Shown in pieces: positions 23,759 to 37,916 of a stretch of 64,000 nt of DNA. How positions within the stretch are numbered: position 1 is the stretch's first letter; each line of letters starts with the position of its first letter. The notes below the pieces were generated by a model, which was given only the letters and a program-made list of their open reading frames with translations, was not told the origin of the DNA and made no database searches. Both the position numbers and the translations under genes were made by a program. Origin of the DNA: Moniliella sp. 'wahieum' (taxonomy: Eukaryota); the NCBI GenBank assembly GCA_003971905.1, contig RSEE01000083.1:1-64000 (forward strand), read 5' to 3'.

Positions 23759-24704
23759 ATGTCCACCGCGTACCTTGCGCCGCTTCACCGATCGTGGCAG
23801 CTAGCCTCGCACCCCATTACGCGCAACGGCTCGCGTTCCCCATCGCCAGGGCTGGACCCACAAGGCGAAGCGGCAGCCGAAGAAGGGCGGAGGGGGAACG
23901 TGGTGAGTGCGGAGCAAGGCACGAGTGCGCGACTAGGTCTATCTCAGATGGAAGATGAACTTATGCACTGGAGTGTGCGTGGGGAACACCTTCCTCTACG
24001 TGGAGGGAATGCTGAACGCGCTCGTTTGGCACGTGGCATGTACGGGTTTGGACCGCTCGGGAGCGTATACGACGCTCAGGACGTCAGTAGCGATGAAGAA
24101 CACCTTGCTGCCCAGAATCATCGCGTCGTCAGTTTTGGTAAGGCCCTTGGTCCAGTTGGGACATACGCGCACCGTCATGGAAGATCAGCGATCGGTACGT
24201 CCCGTCTTCCTTGTGTCTGGCGCGGTTGGAGCACCATGTGCGGTACTCCTCGCGAGATACTCCTCGCGGGAGACTCCTCGCGGGAGACTCCTCGTGGGGT
24301 ACTCCTCGTGGCTGCGGCGTGGGTGCCGCGTGCGTGGAGGGTGGGTGCAGCGTCGAGCAGCGAACAGAAAGCTAATGCACATCTCAGGTGGACGACAGTC
24401 AAGTGCTGCGGGACGGGGTGGAGATGGATGGAGACGTGTCGGATGCCGAGGGTGGACCGGGGTGTTTGTAGGAGGCCACACGGGTCATGCGGCCGCAACC
24501 TTGGCTGCGCAGATGGCTGCTGAGCGGCGCGCGTCCCATCGTCGTGTGTCTGGCACTGATGTTGGCGCTGGTGGGTCCGCTGGGTCGGATGGGTCGGATG
24601 GGTTTGATGCGTCGCACGCCGGGCTGCAGCAGGACGCAGACTTGTACGAAGCCTCGTTTGAGCAGCGCGATATGGATGCCGACATTGAGGACCTGGATGC
24701 ATAA
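23759..24704 (+). CDS. Putative APC/C subunit Apc15/Mnd2-like protein; frameshifted
   Basis: Across frameshifts: DEEHL...RVVSFG...PVG..RTVMED and an acidic end, EQRDMDADIEDLD. These resemble the fungal Apc15p pattern (FG..W..P.G..KT...ERDLDxDIxD), recognised from memory and not from a search. Confidence 0.5.
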
Positions 24705-25429
24705 CGCGTAACGCTAGTGCGTCGTGTACCATGTCCACCCCCCCTCCCCTCCCGTGAGTGGATGGGATGCGTGCGAGGGGGAAATATCCGTGCGGACCCT
24801 TTCTGGCCCTTTCTGGCCCTTTCTTTCTGTTCGACGCACCTAAGAACCTACACCCCCATCAAACCACACCTACTTGTTGTACTATCCGATCCTACCTTGG
24901 GACCATGGAAAAACAAAAAGAAAAAGAAAAAGCATGTCGTTTTCCCCTCCTGCGTCGCTGTGCCGCGTTCCCCAACCAACCAGCCGCGGGGTCGGATTCG
25001 GTTCGTTTAGTCGGTGGCGCTTTTGTCTGTGAGAGGATCCCCCCCACCCCACCCTGACACTGGGGTTGGCCCTAAGGCGCGGACGATGTACGTCCTCCAA
25101 CGCACCCGATACCCGACACGTCCGAGCCGTCGCGTCTGCCTACCTCGAGCGCTGCTGCCCAACCCATGATGCATGACCTATGGTGCATGACCCATGGCCC
25201 ATGGTGCGGGCCCAATGTCCCATGTAATGTCATTTTTTGGTGCATATCCTGATGCGTGGGATGAAACCGCGTACGCTCCGCAGGGCCAGCCAGCTGGGCC
25301 GCTGCGCAATCCGCCATCCACCACGCGGAACCAAGATCACAAGCCAATAGGATAAAGGGAAACCAAACGGGATGGACATGGGGCATGGGGCATGGGGCAA
25401 GGGGCAAGGGGCAATAACAAGCCAATCAG

Positions 25430-27275
25430 ATCCAGTCCAAGATGATCAAGGGAGGCCAATGAAGGGGATGAATGAAGAAGAAAAGATAAGTGGGAATGCA
25501 AGCAAAGGCGAGGGTAGGGGGTGGGAGAATGAATGAAAGAGGGAAGAGGGAAGAGGAAGAGGGAAGAAGGCAGGAAGGGAAGGTCGAAACTTGTCTTGAA
25601 GCGAGCCTGGGGAGGAAAGCGTTCAGGGAAGACCGTGGCCAGGTGGGTCGAAAGGGTAGAAATGAAGGACAGGAAAGGTGTGGGAAAAGGAGAAAAGGGG
25701 AAAGTGGGAAGGCGAGGTGGATAAATGGTCGGATAGATGGATCATGAATGGATGGATGAATGAGAATGAGAATGAATGGATGGATGAATGCAGGGATAAG
25801 TGGATAAGGATAAATGGACGAATGGATAAGTGGACGAATGGATAACTGGATAACTGGATAAATGGATGAATGATGGACGAATGGATGGAAGGATGAGGAG
25901 ACACAAGAGCAACAATCGAAATGCAAAGCCAACACCAACCGTGCAGTGGGAGACAGAGGGGAGAAGGGAGGGAAGGGGATGGGAGAAGGGAGGGGAGAAG
26001 GGAGAAGGGAGGCCGGTAGAGAGAGAGAGAATTGGGAGGCAGGGAAAGAGAGGCGGGGGGAGGGGGGGGGGGTAAGGAGTAACGGGCAAGAGCAAGGGGA
26101 AACGAGGAAAGGGGAAAGGGCAGACAAGGAAGGACATTCACTCAACCACCACCATCCCTCCCTGGCGCGAACTCCACCCCACTTCCTGTTCCAGGTCCAG
26201 CTCCCATTCCAATCCAACAGGCCAACAGCCACCAACCAAAGAAAACAAAAGAACACAAAAACAACACAGGCCAAGCAAAGCAAAAGTATAGTATCCCGCC
26301 TGGGGAAAACCACAGTGCACACATGAAGGGGAAAACAGAAAAAGAAAAAGGAAAGGAAAAGGAAAGGAAAAAAACAGGAACAGGAACAGGGACAGGAACA
26401 GGGATAGGAACAGGAACAACAGAAAGAGAGGGGAGGGGAGGGCCACGTCGGGCCGGTTTTGAGGGGCGGGAGGCGAAGATGAAGTGTCAAGCGAGTGGAA
26501 TGGAATGGGAATGGAATGGGAATGGAATGGGGATGGGGGATGGGGGATAGGGATGGGATGAAATGAACCAAAATGAGATGGGATGGGGATGGGATGGGAT
26601 GGGAATGGGATGGGATGGGATGGATGGATGGGGATGGGATGGGATGGGATGGGATGGGATGGGGAATTAGCTGGACTGGGGGTGACCGCTGGACCGACCG
26701 CTGGACCGCTGGAAGGTTGATGGGATGGAACTGGGGTAAGATCCGAGTCGATCAATGTCGATGGCGATGTCGATGTCGATGTCGATGTCGAGTCGATATC
26801 GATGAACCGAGATGGACGGAATGAAGCTTGAAGCTTGAAGCTTGAAGCTGACGCTTGAAGCTTCTACTTCAAGCTGGAATTGAAGGGTACTTGGACTGGG
26901 ACTGGGACTGGACTGGGGTTGGGATTGGGACTTGCACGGCAAAGAAAAGTGAGGAACGGTGAGGTGAGGAATGGTGAGGCGAAAAGGTAATCGTCGGATG
27001 CGATCAGCGTTTTGGGGGATGTGGTACCGTGGGATGGGGTACGGTGGATGGATGGGTACCATGGGATGGGGTACCGTGGGATCAAGCAACTTCAGCAAGG
27101 GCAAGCAAAAGGTACGCTCAAGTAGGCTCCAGGAGGGCACGAAAGCGCAAGCGCAATCCAGAGTCACGAGCAGAGAAACAAAGGGAAACAAAGGGAAGAA
27201 CGAGAAAAAAAGAAAAGACAGAGGTGTTCGAGTGGCGGGGGGGGGTAAAGGAAGGTAAAGGATGAAGGGAGAGAA
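25430..27275. repeat. ~1.8 kb mosaic of purine-rich microsatellites ((GGGAT)n, (GGAT)n, (GGAACA)n, (GATGTC)n, (GAAGCTT)n)
   Basis: Read directly; extreme purine strand bias; lies downstream of the epimerase gene. Confidence 0.85.
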
Positions 27276-27276
27276 G

Positions 27277-29407
27277 TCACGAGTTACGTGGGGGGGATGT
27301 AAGTGTAAGTGTAGGAGGGGGGTTGGGGGTTAAATCGACGGCGAAGGCATGGGCTCGTCCATATGCACCCGGATATCCGTCGGAACGGACGAGGTGGGGG
27401 AACAAGTGGTCGAGCAAGTGGTCGAGCCGGGCCCAGACGACGCGCAAGCGGACGAACCGACGTAACGGAAGAAGAAGAAGACGAAAGGGAGCTAGGGGAC
27501 GAAGGAGGATCCAGTTGATCCAGTTGGACATAACCATTAGGATGAAGCCGTTGCCACTTGAGCAAATCGCAACACATATCCTCCAACGTTCCGTCTGCGC
27601 GAAATCCCAGTTCGCGCGCAGCTAACGTCGCGTCCGCCGTTACACACCCCACGTCGCCCAGACGACGCGGGGCAACCGTATAGGGAAACGCGTACCCGGA
27701 AAATTGTCGCATCGCTTCAACTACTTGTAGGACCGAGTACCCCGTCCGGTGCCTAGGTTGTATGCTCGAAACCCCCCACGAACAGCAGGAGGTACAGCCG
27801 GATTGCCGTGAGGAGGAGCGTGCGGGTGGCCATGCGAAGGTGGGTAGCGAGGGAGGAATAAGTGGTCTTTCTCTAGACTGTCGAGCGCCATAACGTGCCC
27901 CGTGGCTAGATCGACAATGTGGATAAAGTCCCGGATGCACGCTACGCCCCATAAAAAAACAAAACCACAACCACAATCAAAACCAAAAACAATCCCAAGG
28001 TCAGCACCGAACACGAACAAGAACACGATCCAACACACGTCGATTACCTCCTGTCTGGCTCTTGCTCTCCCCCCCCGTCCGCTGAACGGACGGGAGGAAG
28101 AGAAGAAGCAAACAAAAGCAACAACACAATAAACCAAAAACCAAAACCAAAGAGAAAAGAGAGGAAACAAAAGAGAAGCGATAGGGTACGTACTTCCATC
28201 GGCGTATCATAATCGTCGCCGAAAATCTGCAGGCCCGGCGGACCACGGTACTTGCCCATGGCCATTTGCGCCAGGAGCGGAAGTAAGTTGACGGGTTTGC
28301 CACGCGGGCTTCCCCAGCATCCCAGATGGGTGCGCGCCCGCCGGACTACGCACGTCCAACATCATATCACGAACCAAGTACAAGTGACATGGACCAAGAA
28401 CCAAGAACCAAGAACCAAGTGCCAAGCAAACACACCCCAAAAAAGGAAAGGAAGAAAGAAAACAAAGGAAGCAAAGTACCTCTGTCAGCGCGCGTGCTAG
28501 GCATACCCCCAGCCACGGCCACACTGCGCACGACACGAAACGGCACCACCACCGCGAGACGGCACGCTCGTAAGGTGCGGGTGGTGAGGTGATGCGCTGG
28601 TGCGGCTGGTGCGGCTGGTGCGGTGGATGGGCAACGATCGGGGGGGAGAGGAGAAGGACGTACTTAAAGTAGCGCAAGCAAATAGCGCGAATTGGGTAAG
28701 CAGCACAACAATCTTCGATTACCTGTTCGTCATGGCCTTAGTGCGGCCGTAGACGTTGGTCGTCGAAGTGGGGCATGTTCCGGGATGGGGATGCCATCGG
28801 GAGAACAGGGGCACCATAGACTGTCGCACTGGACGAATAGATCAGTCGCCGACACTGGTACTCGGCCATCACGTTGAGGAGGTTGATTGGGCCCGCTACG
28901 TTCACGTCGTAGTACCTGTCCAAGTGCAGAGGGGTAAGGTAAAGGTAAAGGGAGGGGAGGGGGAGGTTAGATTCGCATGGGCGAAGAGGAGAGTAAGGAT
29001 AGAGGAAGGCATGGGCGCATGGGCGCATGGGCGCATGGGAGTAAGGCAGGACTACTGTAATGGTGCGCGGCCACTTTCAGCAGGCGCTTTGAGGGCAGCA
29101 ATGAGCACGACGCATGGATGCCCCGGCCGTAGCGGGCAAACGCACGACGGATCTGGTCGGGAGCACGCAGGTCGCCGAGGATAAAGTCGGGCTTGCACGC
29201 TGCGCGGTCGGCGGGCGTAGCATCGGACGGCAAGGCATCGAGCGCAAGCTGGTACACGCGCGCAAGCGCTTGGCCATGCGCGTTGGACAGATTGTCAAAG
29301 ACCGCCACAAGGTACCTCCTTGTCTGGAGCAGGGCCAAGACGACGTGGAGCCAATGAAGCCCGCGCCGCCGGGACGAGCACGACAGGCAGAGGCGCGCAA
29401 GGGGCAT
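27277..29407 (-). CDS. GAL10: UDP-glucose 4-epimerase; introns ~28916-29055, ~28346-28663, ~27942-28192; frameshifted, end approximate
   Basis: GGAGFIGS Rossmann motif, [84 protein letters not shown]. Confidence 0.93.
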
Positions 29408-32400
29408 GGGGGTAAGAGAGAGTGGGGGTAGAGGTGGGGTGTGGTGTGGTGGGGGTGGGGTGCTGGTGCTGTGCTGGCCTGCTGGGCTGGCTGGTTGTTG
29501 GCGGCGAGAAGAGGCGGGCAGAGAAGGAGGTGGGACGGAGAAAAACACCGACGGCTGGACGTGCGCTTGGGGCTGGCGCTGGAGAAGGGGAGGGAGTGGG
29601 GTACGTACGCCCAGACGGCACGACCGCGCACTGGGGGGGATGGCGACGGACAGACTGTGCCCCCCCGCTCTGGTACCAAGTGCCGCGCGTGCCTGCGGAC
29701 TACCCCAGCCTCCACCGGCCAACGGCTATCAATATACCAACGGATCACCCATCCCTCGATCATCGATGACTGCATCGCTGAATCAAAACATGCCATCATG
29801 CGCGCCGAGCGCGGCCTCTGCTGCATCATCCATCATGCATCACACACGTCCCCCTCGCACCGGCCCCCCACACCGCCCTGTGCCAGCCGCCCACCCGGCC
29901 GCCCCTGGCCGACCCTGCGCACCCGCGCAGCAGCAGGCCGCCGCCGCGTGCTGCAGCCGCCGCCGCCGCGCAACTCGCACCCAGCCGGCCCCGCGCAGTG
30001 GAGTGGTACTCACCGGCACCCTCCACCCCGCTCCCCGATGCGCACTCGCATCTCGAAACATCCCATGACCAATTCCAATGATCCAATGATCCAATGATCC
30101 AATGGTCACCGGTCAGATCTCAGAGCGGCCGCATCTGTCACCGACCTAGGTCCAAGGGAGAGCGTATCTATCCATCCATCCATCCCCCAGCACCCCCCCG
30201 GCCCCCGTGCGCCAGCGAGCTTGGATGGGGACACGCACGGCCACACAGCCACTAGCCACTAGTACTATGCCCTAGCTCCACTCAGTAGCCCAGGTATGTA
30301 TGCGCTGGCACGCACGCCTTGCGCCCCTCAGCCTCATGCACCACGCGTCACGCGTCCCAGCCACCGCCACCGCCTCCATTGTCCCATGCAATGCATGATG
30401 CATGACAGGGAGGTAGCTGCCGCTGACTCAACGCGCGAGGGCAAAGGATACACTGTCCCTGTGCCATGCGCATGTGCGCCCTGCCACCGCACACTGCCCC
30501 GCTGCCCTGCCCCAAGCGGAACGCGCTGCCGTATGACGTACTCCCGATGCTTGGCCAGGCCGACAAATGCAGAGTGAATACAGAGAGGGAGATTGGGAGC
30601 ACTACTGAGTGAGAGATAGGGATGTGGATGTGGATACCATCGACACTCAATATTCAATTCAATACTTAGTACTCAATTACGTACTCACTACTCCGCCCGG
30701 ACCTAGTACCTACCCAACCAATCGTCCTGTTCCTCCCGCGGCGTAGCGCCTGCGCGTACGTACGTACGTATCCACCCCACCCCATCTATCCAATGGCCAA
30801 CTGCTTTTCAATCCCCTTCTCCAGGTCACGTTTCACGTTGCATCTTGGCATCTGCCCTCTCAAGCTTCCAGCGTCAACGCGTCAAGCTTCAACGTCAGTA
30901 TATCTCCGCTCCATGCTCATCGTCTCCTCGTCCTACTCAATCATCAATCATCAATCACGACTCTCAGCGCATCATGCAATCAGCCAACTACCTTCATACT
31001 CACCCGTCCCTCCCTACCAGTCGTCTGATCTCTGATCCAGATCTCCGAGCGCCGTCATCCGGCACCGGCCTGGGTGCTCGCACCTGGTGAGGATCACCTT
31101 ACATGCACGCCGCACGCCTGTAGGGCACTGTAGCTACGCCGCTACTTCTACAGCACTGATGTGTTGACGTGCTGACCGGCCTGAGCGCTGGCTATCCTCC
31201 GACGTTCCGACGCGCGGCTGAGCTGAGTAACTGAGTACTCAGATAGAGTAGTGTGACGCTGACGCGCTGACGAATTGTTCGAGCGACGACCAATCACTAG
31301 ATCATAGTCTCTAGTTAGCTAGGCCGCGACGCTCACATGCACATGTCATGATCTAGTCACGGTGACATGTGGACGGGTTCCGTGTCCCACTCTACCTAAG
31401 TGCCGCGTTCGTGCGATGGCCATGGGTAGCGGGTAGCGGGTAGGGCGCGTAGCGGTGTGTGGGTGCCGTCAAGGTCCGCGTGGGTGGGTGCATGTACGCG
31501 TCGTCGCGTCATCGCGTCATTGACCATCGACCATCCTGGCGTGGGGGACGAAAGACAGGCTATTATAATGTGGCCACGCACAGCGCGCAACGCGCAACGC
31601 AGAACGCACAACGTGCAACTCTGCGTAGCCGGTAGCTCCCCCCCGCTCAACTCCACTCCCTCGGCCCTGTCCTACCCCGTTAGCTGCACCTTGGCTTGCA
31701 TCGGGCGACCAGATAGGGCTGTGGCCAGGTCGTTCAACGTACACGTTCAACGTACACGTTCAACGTTCAGCGTCGCGGTGAAACTGCAATTGAATATTGA
31801 CGTGAATCGCGCGCGGGAACGCGGCACCGCGGCACCGCGGGAACCTCCTTCCTTTCCCGGTCACTAGGTCAGTAGGGTCACTACTACTCTCAGCGCTGCG
31901 CAGCCTGAGCAGTGAGCGGCTCACTCAGCCGCTCACTAGTCCCCCCTAGTCCCTAGTCAAGCTCCTCAGCCTGAGGCCAAAGGCCTCCAGGAGGCTTTCT
32001 CACTTGATCTTCCGCTTACGCGGTACGCGGTACGAACCCCGCGCCAAGCCTTGGCACATGCAGGCGAATATATTTTTTGGTCTTCGTCTTTTTTCACGAC
32101 AAGAAAAACGCTCCGCTACATGCTACCCCTCCGCATCCACAGCACGTACGAGGTCCCAGTAAGAGTAGTGCCCTGCATACGTACCCCGTACGTACACGAA
32201 AAAAAAGAAAAAAGCAATGTTTGTGTGTCTATCAAATCTCTCGACTAGCGACTAGCGTCTATCAATCCTTCCAGCTTCCAACGTCCCCCCTTCCAGCCCG
32301 ACAGGCAGGATGCCTCGGTGCCTACAGTGTGTCGGTGTACGTGCATCGGTCTGCGTATCATCAGTGAGTACTGAGTCTCAGTCGACGCTTGGAGATTCTG

Positions 32401-32693
32401 AGATTCCAGATCTGATAGCGAGCGGGCCGCAGAGGCTGTAGGACGTATAAATCCCCTTACGTTTTAAGCTTTACACTTTAAGCTTGGGCCTTGGGCAAGC
32501 CCTTAGGCCTTAGGCCTTATCGTTATCGATTGCCGATTATTCGATTATCCAGAGTCCTCACGGCTCCCACTCAACGTACCGTCTTGGTTGGTCCTTGGCG
32601 CGCTCAGTGGCTCAGTAGGCGCAGTAGGCTCAGTAGCTCAGGCACTCAGATCTCAGATCTCAGACCTCACTGCTTAGCGCTTAGCGCTTACTA

Positions 32694-32805
32694 GCTTCGA
32701 GCTTCGAGCTTCAAGCTTCAAGCTTCAAGCTTTTCAAGCTCAACCTCAAGCTTCAAGCTTCAAGCTTGACTTCAAGCCTCACTAGCTTCACTAGCTTCAA
32801 GCTTC
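32694..32805. repeat. Degenerate (AAGCTTC)n heptamer array
   Basis: gcttcgagcttcgagcttcaagcttcaagcttcaagc...; related arrays at ~26823-26862 (opposite orientation) and ~32864-32910. Confidence 0.85.
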
Positions 32806-33986
32806 ACTGCTCACCAGCTCACTATAGCTCCGACAAGAGCGCTCCCTTGTATACAGCTAGAATCTGGAAGCTGGAAGGTTAAAAGCTGGAAGCTGGAAGC
32901 TGGAAAAGCTTGAGCGAGCCGCTCCCAGTCAGTCAGTACTCATCCAATCGCTCCGTCGCTCTCGTCGTCGGAATTCAGATCTCAGAATCTCAGATCTCAG
33001 ATACGTTCAACGAACTCTTCGTATTATATGTGAAACACACAACGCACCCTAGGCCCAGCCTCACGCGCTCATGCCCATATTCGCAATCACGTGCGGCGGA
33101 GCAGATCGGAGCGGATGCAGGATGGTACTTGGATGAATGGATGGATGATGAATGGTCGATGAGAGAGAGGATGCAGGAGGGAGGGAGGTGGGAAGTGGGA
33201 GGGGGGGAGGAGGCGGGAGGCAGGATGGAAATCGATGATCGATGCGGATTTTGTCCGTTGCTACGTACCCTGATGCATGATGCATGGGTCGCAGCGGCAG
33301 GTAGGGTTAGGGCGACGGGGAATGGGTGAATGTTGAAATATCAATTGGAGCATGGAGGATCAGTGGGTCAAAGGGAAGGGAAAAAAAAGAGGGTTAGACG
33401 TAGACGCTAGGCACACGCGCCTGGGTATGGTAGGCGTTTGGCCTTGGTCTCACATACGTCCAGAGTGCTAGCTGGGGGAAGCGGAAGCGGGAAGAGGGAA
33501 GAAGGAAGCGGATGCTGCCTCTGAGTTCAGGTGTCAACGAGTCGAATACGATGGCTAGGTTGATAGGAGAGTAGGGAGGCGATGAATAAGGCGATGGAGG
33601 AGAAATCTCGATCCATCGATCGTTATTTCTTTCTGTGCTTGTTTTGGTGGCCAGACAATGGATGTATGATGGCTGTTGGATCTGCTGTTATCCTATAGGC
33701 TAGTAGTATGGAACACTGGAGCGGAGGCTCAAAGGCATGCCCGGGAAGCGGTTCGGACCCGGATCCCTGGCCTGGGGAAGCGGAGGGTTAAGGGGGGGGG
33801 CTTAGGGATCGATCTGCACAAGCCCAGAGCAGCGGGGAGAGAGGTAGAAGCCAACAGAGGGAGAATCGACTGTGCATCCAGCATCCCTCCCATGTATATG
33901 CATCCCTGGCATGTGGACGTGTTTGTCCACCCAAGTGTTTGTTAGTGGTTTTATTGGCAGCTCGGCATGCCGCCCACGAGGAACGC

Positions 33987-34060
33987 CCTGCACAGACGCC
34001 GTGCGGTGGGGACGAGGCATGCGCTACACAGGCGCCGTGCAGCGGGGACGAGGCATGCCC
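33987..34060. repeat. Two imperfect 36-bp tandem copies
   Basis: ctgcacagacgccgtgcggtggggacgaggcatgcg / ctacacaggcgccgtgcagcggggacgaggcatgcc. Confidence 0.8.
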
Positions 34061-34377
34061 CCTGCATGGGCGGATGCAGGAGGCATGCAAGGCAGCCCAC
34101 TTGGTATGCAGAGAGAGCGGCGCATGCAGGGTGGCCACCCACTAGCATGTGGCCGTGTTTGTTATGTTGCTTGCCGCCCTGCTGTGCTGCCCCTCCTCCT
34201 CGCCATCCTCATAAGCATCCTGGTGGGTATTGGTTGTGGGCAGTGCATCGTGGTTGGTGCGTCTCTGGTAGAGGACGACGCGGCTGGCCATCTACAGCAA
34301 CTCTCTGATCTCTTGCCCACCATCACCACCACCACACCACCATCCCCCCATCCCCATCTCCATTCCCCCCCCCATCG

Positions 34378-37300
34378 ATGTCCGCCTTCGCTACGCCCCC
34401 CGCGCGCCCCCCTGCCCGCCTCTCCCTCCTTTCCGCCGCTCGGGCTTTGGCGAGCGAAAACGTCCCCACAACAAGCCTCGTCCGGTACGTCACATCATAA
34501 CGTATCGTGGCATCCCCCACAGAGGTAGAACGCAAGTCTGACCTCTTCTCTTCTTCTCTTCTCTTCCTCTCCTTGCCCACACCAACCACACAGCTCTTGC
34601 TCCTCGCTTCCACCCACCGTCGCACTACCATCTCGTCCCCCTACCACCTCCAACAGCACCACCTTGGATCCTCACCCCTTCCTCCCTCATCTTTTTCCTT
34701 TTCCTCCTCCTCTTTCTCTTCCTCCTCCGTTTCCTCTCCCTCCTCTCACTCTTCCTCCCCTTACTCCTCCATACCACCACTCGCCCGCGCGCCCTTAACC
34801 GCATCCCATTCCCCTACAGATCTCTGGCCTACACACTGGCTTCACCGTCTCGCACGCCGTCGCAGGTCCCCCCCAAACCCATCCTTCCCACACCCAACCC
34901 TGCCAACCACGATCCTGCCAAAACCGACCCTGCCAAACCCGATGTGACTGGCAGCCCGTTCTTGTCTTCCTTGTCGTGTCCACGCTCTTACCTTCGCCTT
35001 GTCCCCGCCCGTGCCTTTGCCTTTGCCTTCGCCTTTGCCGTGACGACCTCCCCACCGCCGTCCACACTAGTCCTAGCAGCACCGGGGCTCGCCGTGGTGG
35101 TCGCTTGGTAGTCTGGGCCATCGGGACCGTCATGGATGATGGCAATGGTGATGGTAAAGGTGATAGTGTTGATGAGCATACTCAACCTCGTCCCTCGCGT
35201 CGTCTTCGGCGGCATCGGTATTGGGGCTCAGGGAGAAAAGCCGGCCGCACCATTACCCTTACCTTACCCTTACCCTTACCATTACCGTTACACTCCCTGG
35301 TACCGATGCCGGTGCCTGTGCCTGTGTCAGGGCGGTATCAGCGTCGGTGGTACGACGCGATCATCTTTGTCTCTGTCTCTGTCTTTGTCTTTGTCTTTGA
35401 CCTCCTCATCCTCCTCCCGTCCCGACCGTCGTCCTTTCCTCTTCCTCTTCCTCGTCATCTTCATCCGTGTCGTCGTTTGAGTGTGTGGGCGCACAAGCGT
35501 TCGATCGCCACATCGGTTCCCTCGCTTCTCGTCCCAGCCCACAACCGCAACGCGACCACCCGCTCCGACGGAGGCAGCACAGCGCCACACTCACCGCGGT
35601 TTCGCCGACGGCACCCAGCGGGTCCGGGTCCGGGTCTGGGTCTGGGTTTGGGTTGGGTCTGGATCGGGGTCCGTGCCGGCAGGACGTTCGAATGTGGGCT
35701 CGAAGGCGGGGTGGATGGTGGAGGTTTTTCGACAATCGCCGTGGGAGCTCTGGAGACTATTCTTTGACTTCTTCTTCTTCTTCTTCTTCTTGGTCCCCTT
35801 GGACTGGGCCCGTCTACCCACCTTTCTCCCGCCTTGAGCTTCCTGTTCGAACCTCATCCCAGTCAATAACAATCCCAGTCTCATTTCCAATTCCAATTCG
35901 CATTCGCATTCGCATTCGCATTCACTTTCGCTTTCCTCTCGTCCTCCCCTTCTCTTCCTCATCCGTCTACCGCATCACCAACACCACGCATGCGCAAGGC
36001 GTCCGAGCCCGCCTGGGGTCCCTTCGTCCCTCATCCTGTCCGAATCCCTGCCCGAATCCGGTTCCGACGCCACCAACGCCCCCTCGGCTAACCCCTCGGC
36101 CTGTACCGCGCCAGCACTGCCTGCCACCAATCACAACACTACCAACAACAACAGTGGATTCCTTGTTCGATAATCTGTCGTTTCAAGCGTCCCTGTGGGT
36201 GTGACACCCAAGGCGGGGACGGGTGCTCCGTCTCCAATTCATCTCCAGCTCAGCTTTGGTTCCGGCTTTGGTTGCTCCGGCGCGGACGCAGACTTTCAGC
36301 TTATACAGTGTGCTGCTACACCTACTACGACTACAGAGTCTCGTCCAGCAAGTTGTACCCGCTCAGGCTCGGGTTCGGGTTCGGGTTCGGCGGGGTTCGG
36401 GGGCCGCGTGTGACGTACCAAGGTCCCCTACACACTCGTTCCCCTTCCCCCTTCCGCTTTCGCCTTCACATTCACATTCACATTCAACATTCACTTTCGC
36501 CTTCACTCTTCTCCCTTTCACGTGACCTTTCACCTCTTCGAACCGCCCTGTGCACCCACCGTACCAACGTTGGCCCGTATCTCCGTCTAGCCCTCTCGTT
36601 CGGCCGCTGAGGACCATGGCCGGAAAAGGGGGTCCGGGAAGATGGCTTTGACCGGGAGGGGGAGACGATCCCCACGATAAGACGCCCACGCCCAGCCGTC
36701 GCAACAGCCATTCCAATACCACCAATACCCACCGACACCGACACCACCACCAGCAGCACCCGAGCAGCACCCGGAGCAGCAACCACCAAATTCCTGCTAC
36801 GTACCCACTTGACAGTGCACGCTTCGAACGCGTCATCGTCGCTGCAGCGCAACGGTACGTCCCTCGGGCGGTGCCACGGCTGGTCGACTTGTCCCGCCTG
36901 CTCCGCCCGCTTGGCCCACCAAAGGTGCTCGCACCCAGATGGTGGTCCGCGTCAGGTGGCGGTAGCTGGACCATTTGCCATCTGTCCGTCTTGCCCGGGC
37001 GACCTTGCACAGGTGGGCAAGCGTGCTTCTGGTGCCCACGATCTGGTGCCGTCGCTGCGCGAGCGCAACCAACCCACTGGTCCCAATGCCCTCCACCGTG
37101 AAATCCGTGGGATCCGTGGGATCCGGGGTAATGTCACTACGGCTCGCAGGCAAGAGTTGAATCCCTCGCGCTCTTATGCCTGGCCCATCGTCCCAACCCA
37201 CCTCAACACCCTTGGACCCCGCACCCTTGGAGCCTACCCCTTGGATATAGCACCCTTGGACCAGCACCCTTGGACCCAGCACCCTTGGACCCAGCCCCCT

Positions 37301-37916
37301 TGGACCCAACACCTGTGGACCCACCCCATTGGAATGGGACCCAACATGCTCATTGCCGTCCTTCAGAGGCGCTGTAACGCGTCTACGTCTACGTCTACGT
37401 TTTGTCTTGGCCGCCACACCGTCACCGTCCACGTCCACGTCTTCGCCTCGGCTTCGGCTTCGGATTCGCTTCGCTCGGGCCCGTTCTCTCCCCTGGACTC
37501 CTACCTCGTGTTCTCCATCTTCGTTGAAGCATTCGTCTTCGCATTCGCACCCGCCTTCGCACTCGCACTCGCACTCGTACTCGCAGTGCAGTCGCACTTG
37601 CACTCAGAGTCAGACTGGGCCGCTGGTGCATCCGCGCACGCACGGATGCGCGCGGCATCCCCTCGTCCTGGCGTCCAGGCGGGCTGGCGCCAGCCACCGG
37701 CGTCACGGTGTCCCACGCAAAGTACGCTCGTTCGACGTGCTGGCAGCTTACCTGGAAGCGGAGCAGGACGCGGCCTTGGGGGTTGCACCACACGTGAAGA
37801 GGTACGACCGCCACTGTGGAAAGCAATCGTGGCGGGGAACGCGTCGTGCGGGTGACCGGTTTCGGCGTATTGTACGGTTAGGTTCGATGGACGATGCAGT
37901 GATGGACTGGTACTGA
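34378..37916 (+). CDS. Hypothetical Ser/Pro-rich low-complexity protein; probable intron 34485-34593; heavily frameshifted
   Basis: ATG at 34378; canonical GTACGT...TCTGAC...CAG intron; coding-like hexamer repeats; plausible C-terminus KVRSFDVLAAYLEAEQD...MDDAVMDWY*. No recognisable domain. Confidence 0.4.
37205..37325. repeat. Degenerate 15-bp tandem repeat (GCACCCTTGGACCCA-like)
   Basis: About eight recurring units (cccttgga or close variants) with ~15-nt period. Confidence 0.8.

Noticed and set aside
25426..26571. 381-aa minus-strand ORF
   Set aside because: Translation of pyrimidine-rich microsatellites that lack stop codons; no domain.
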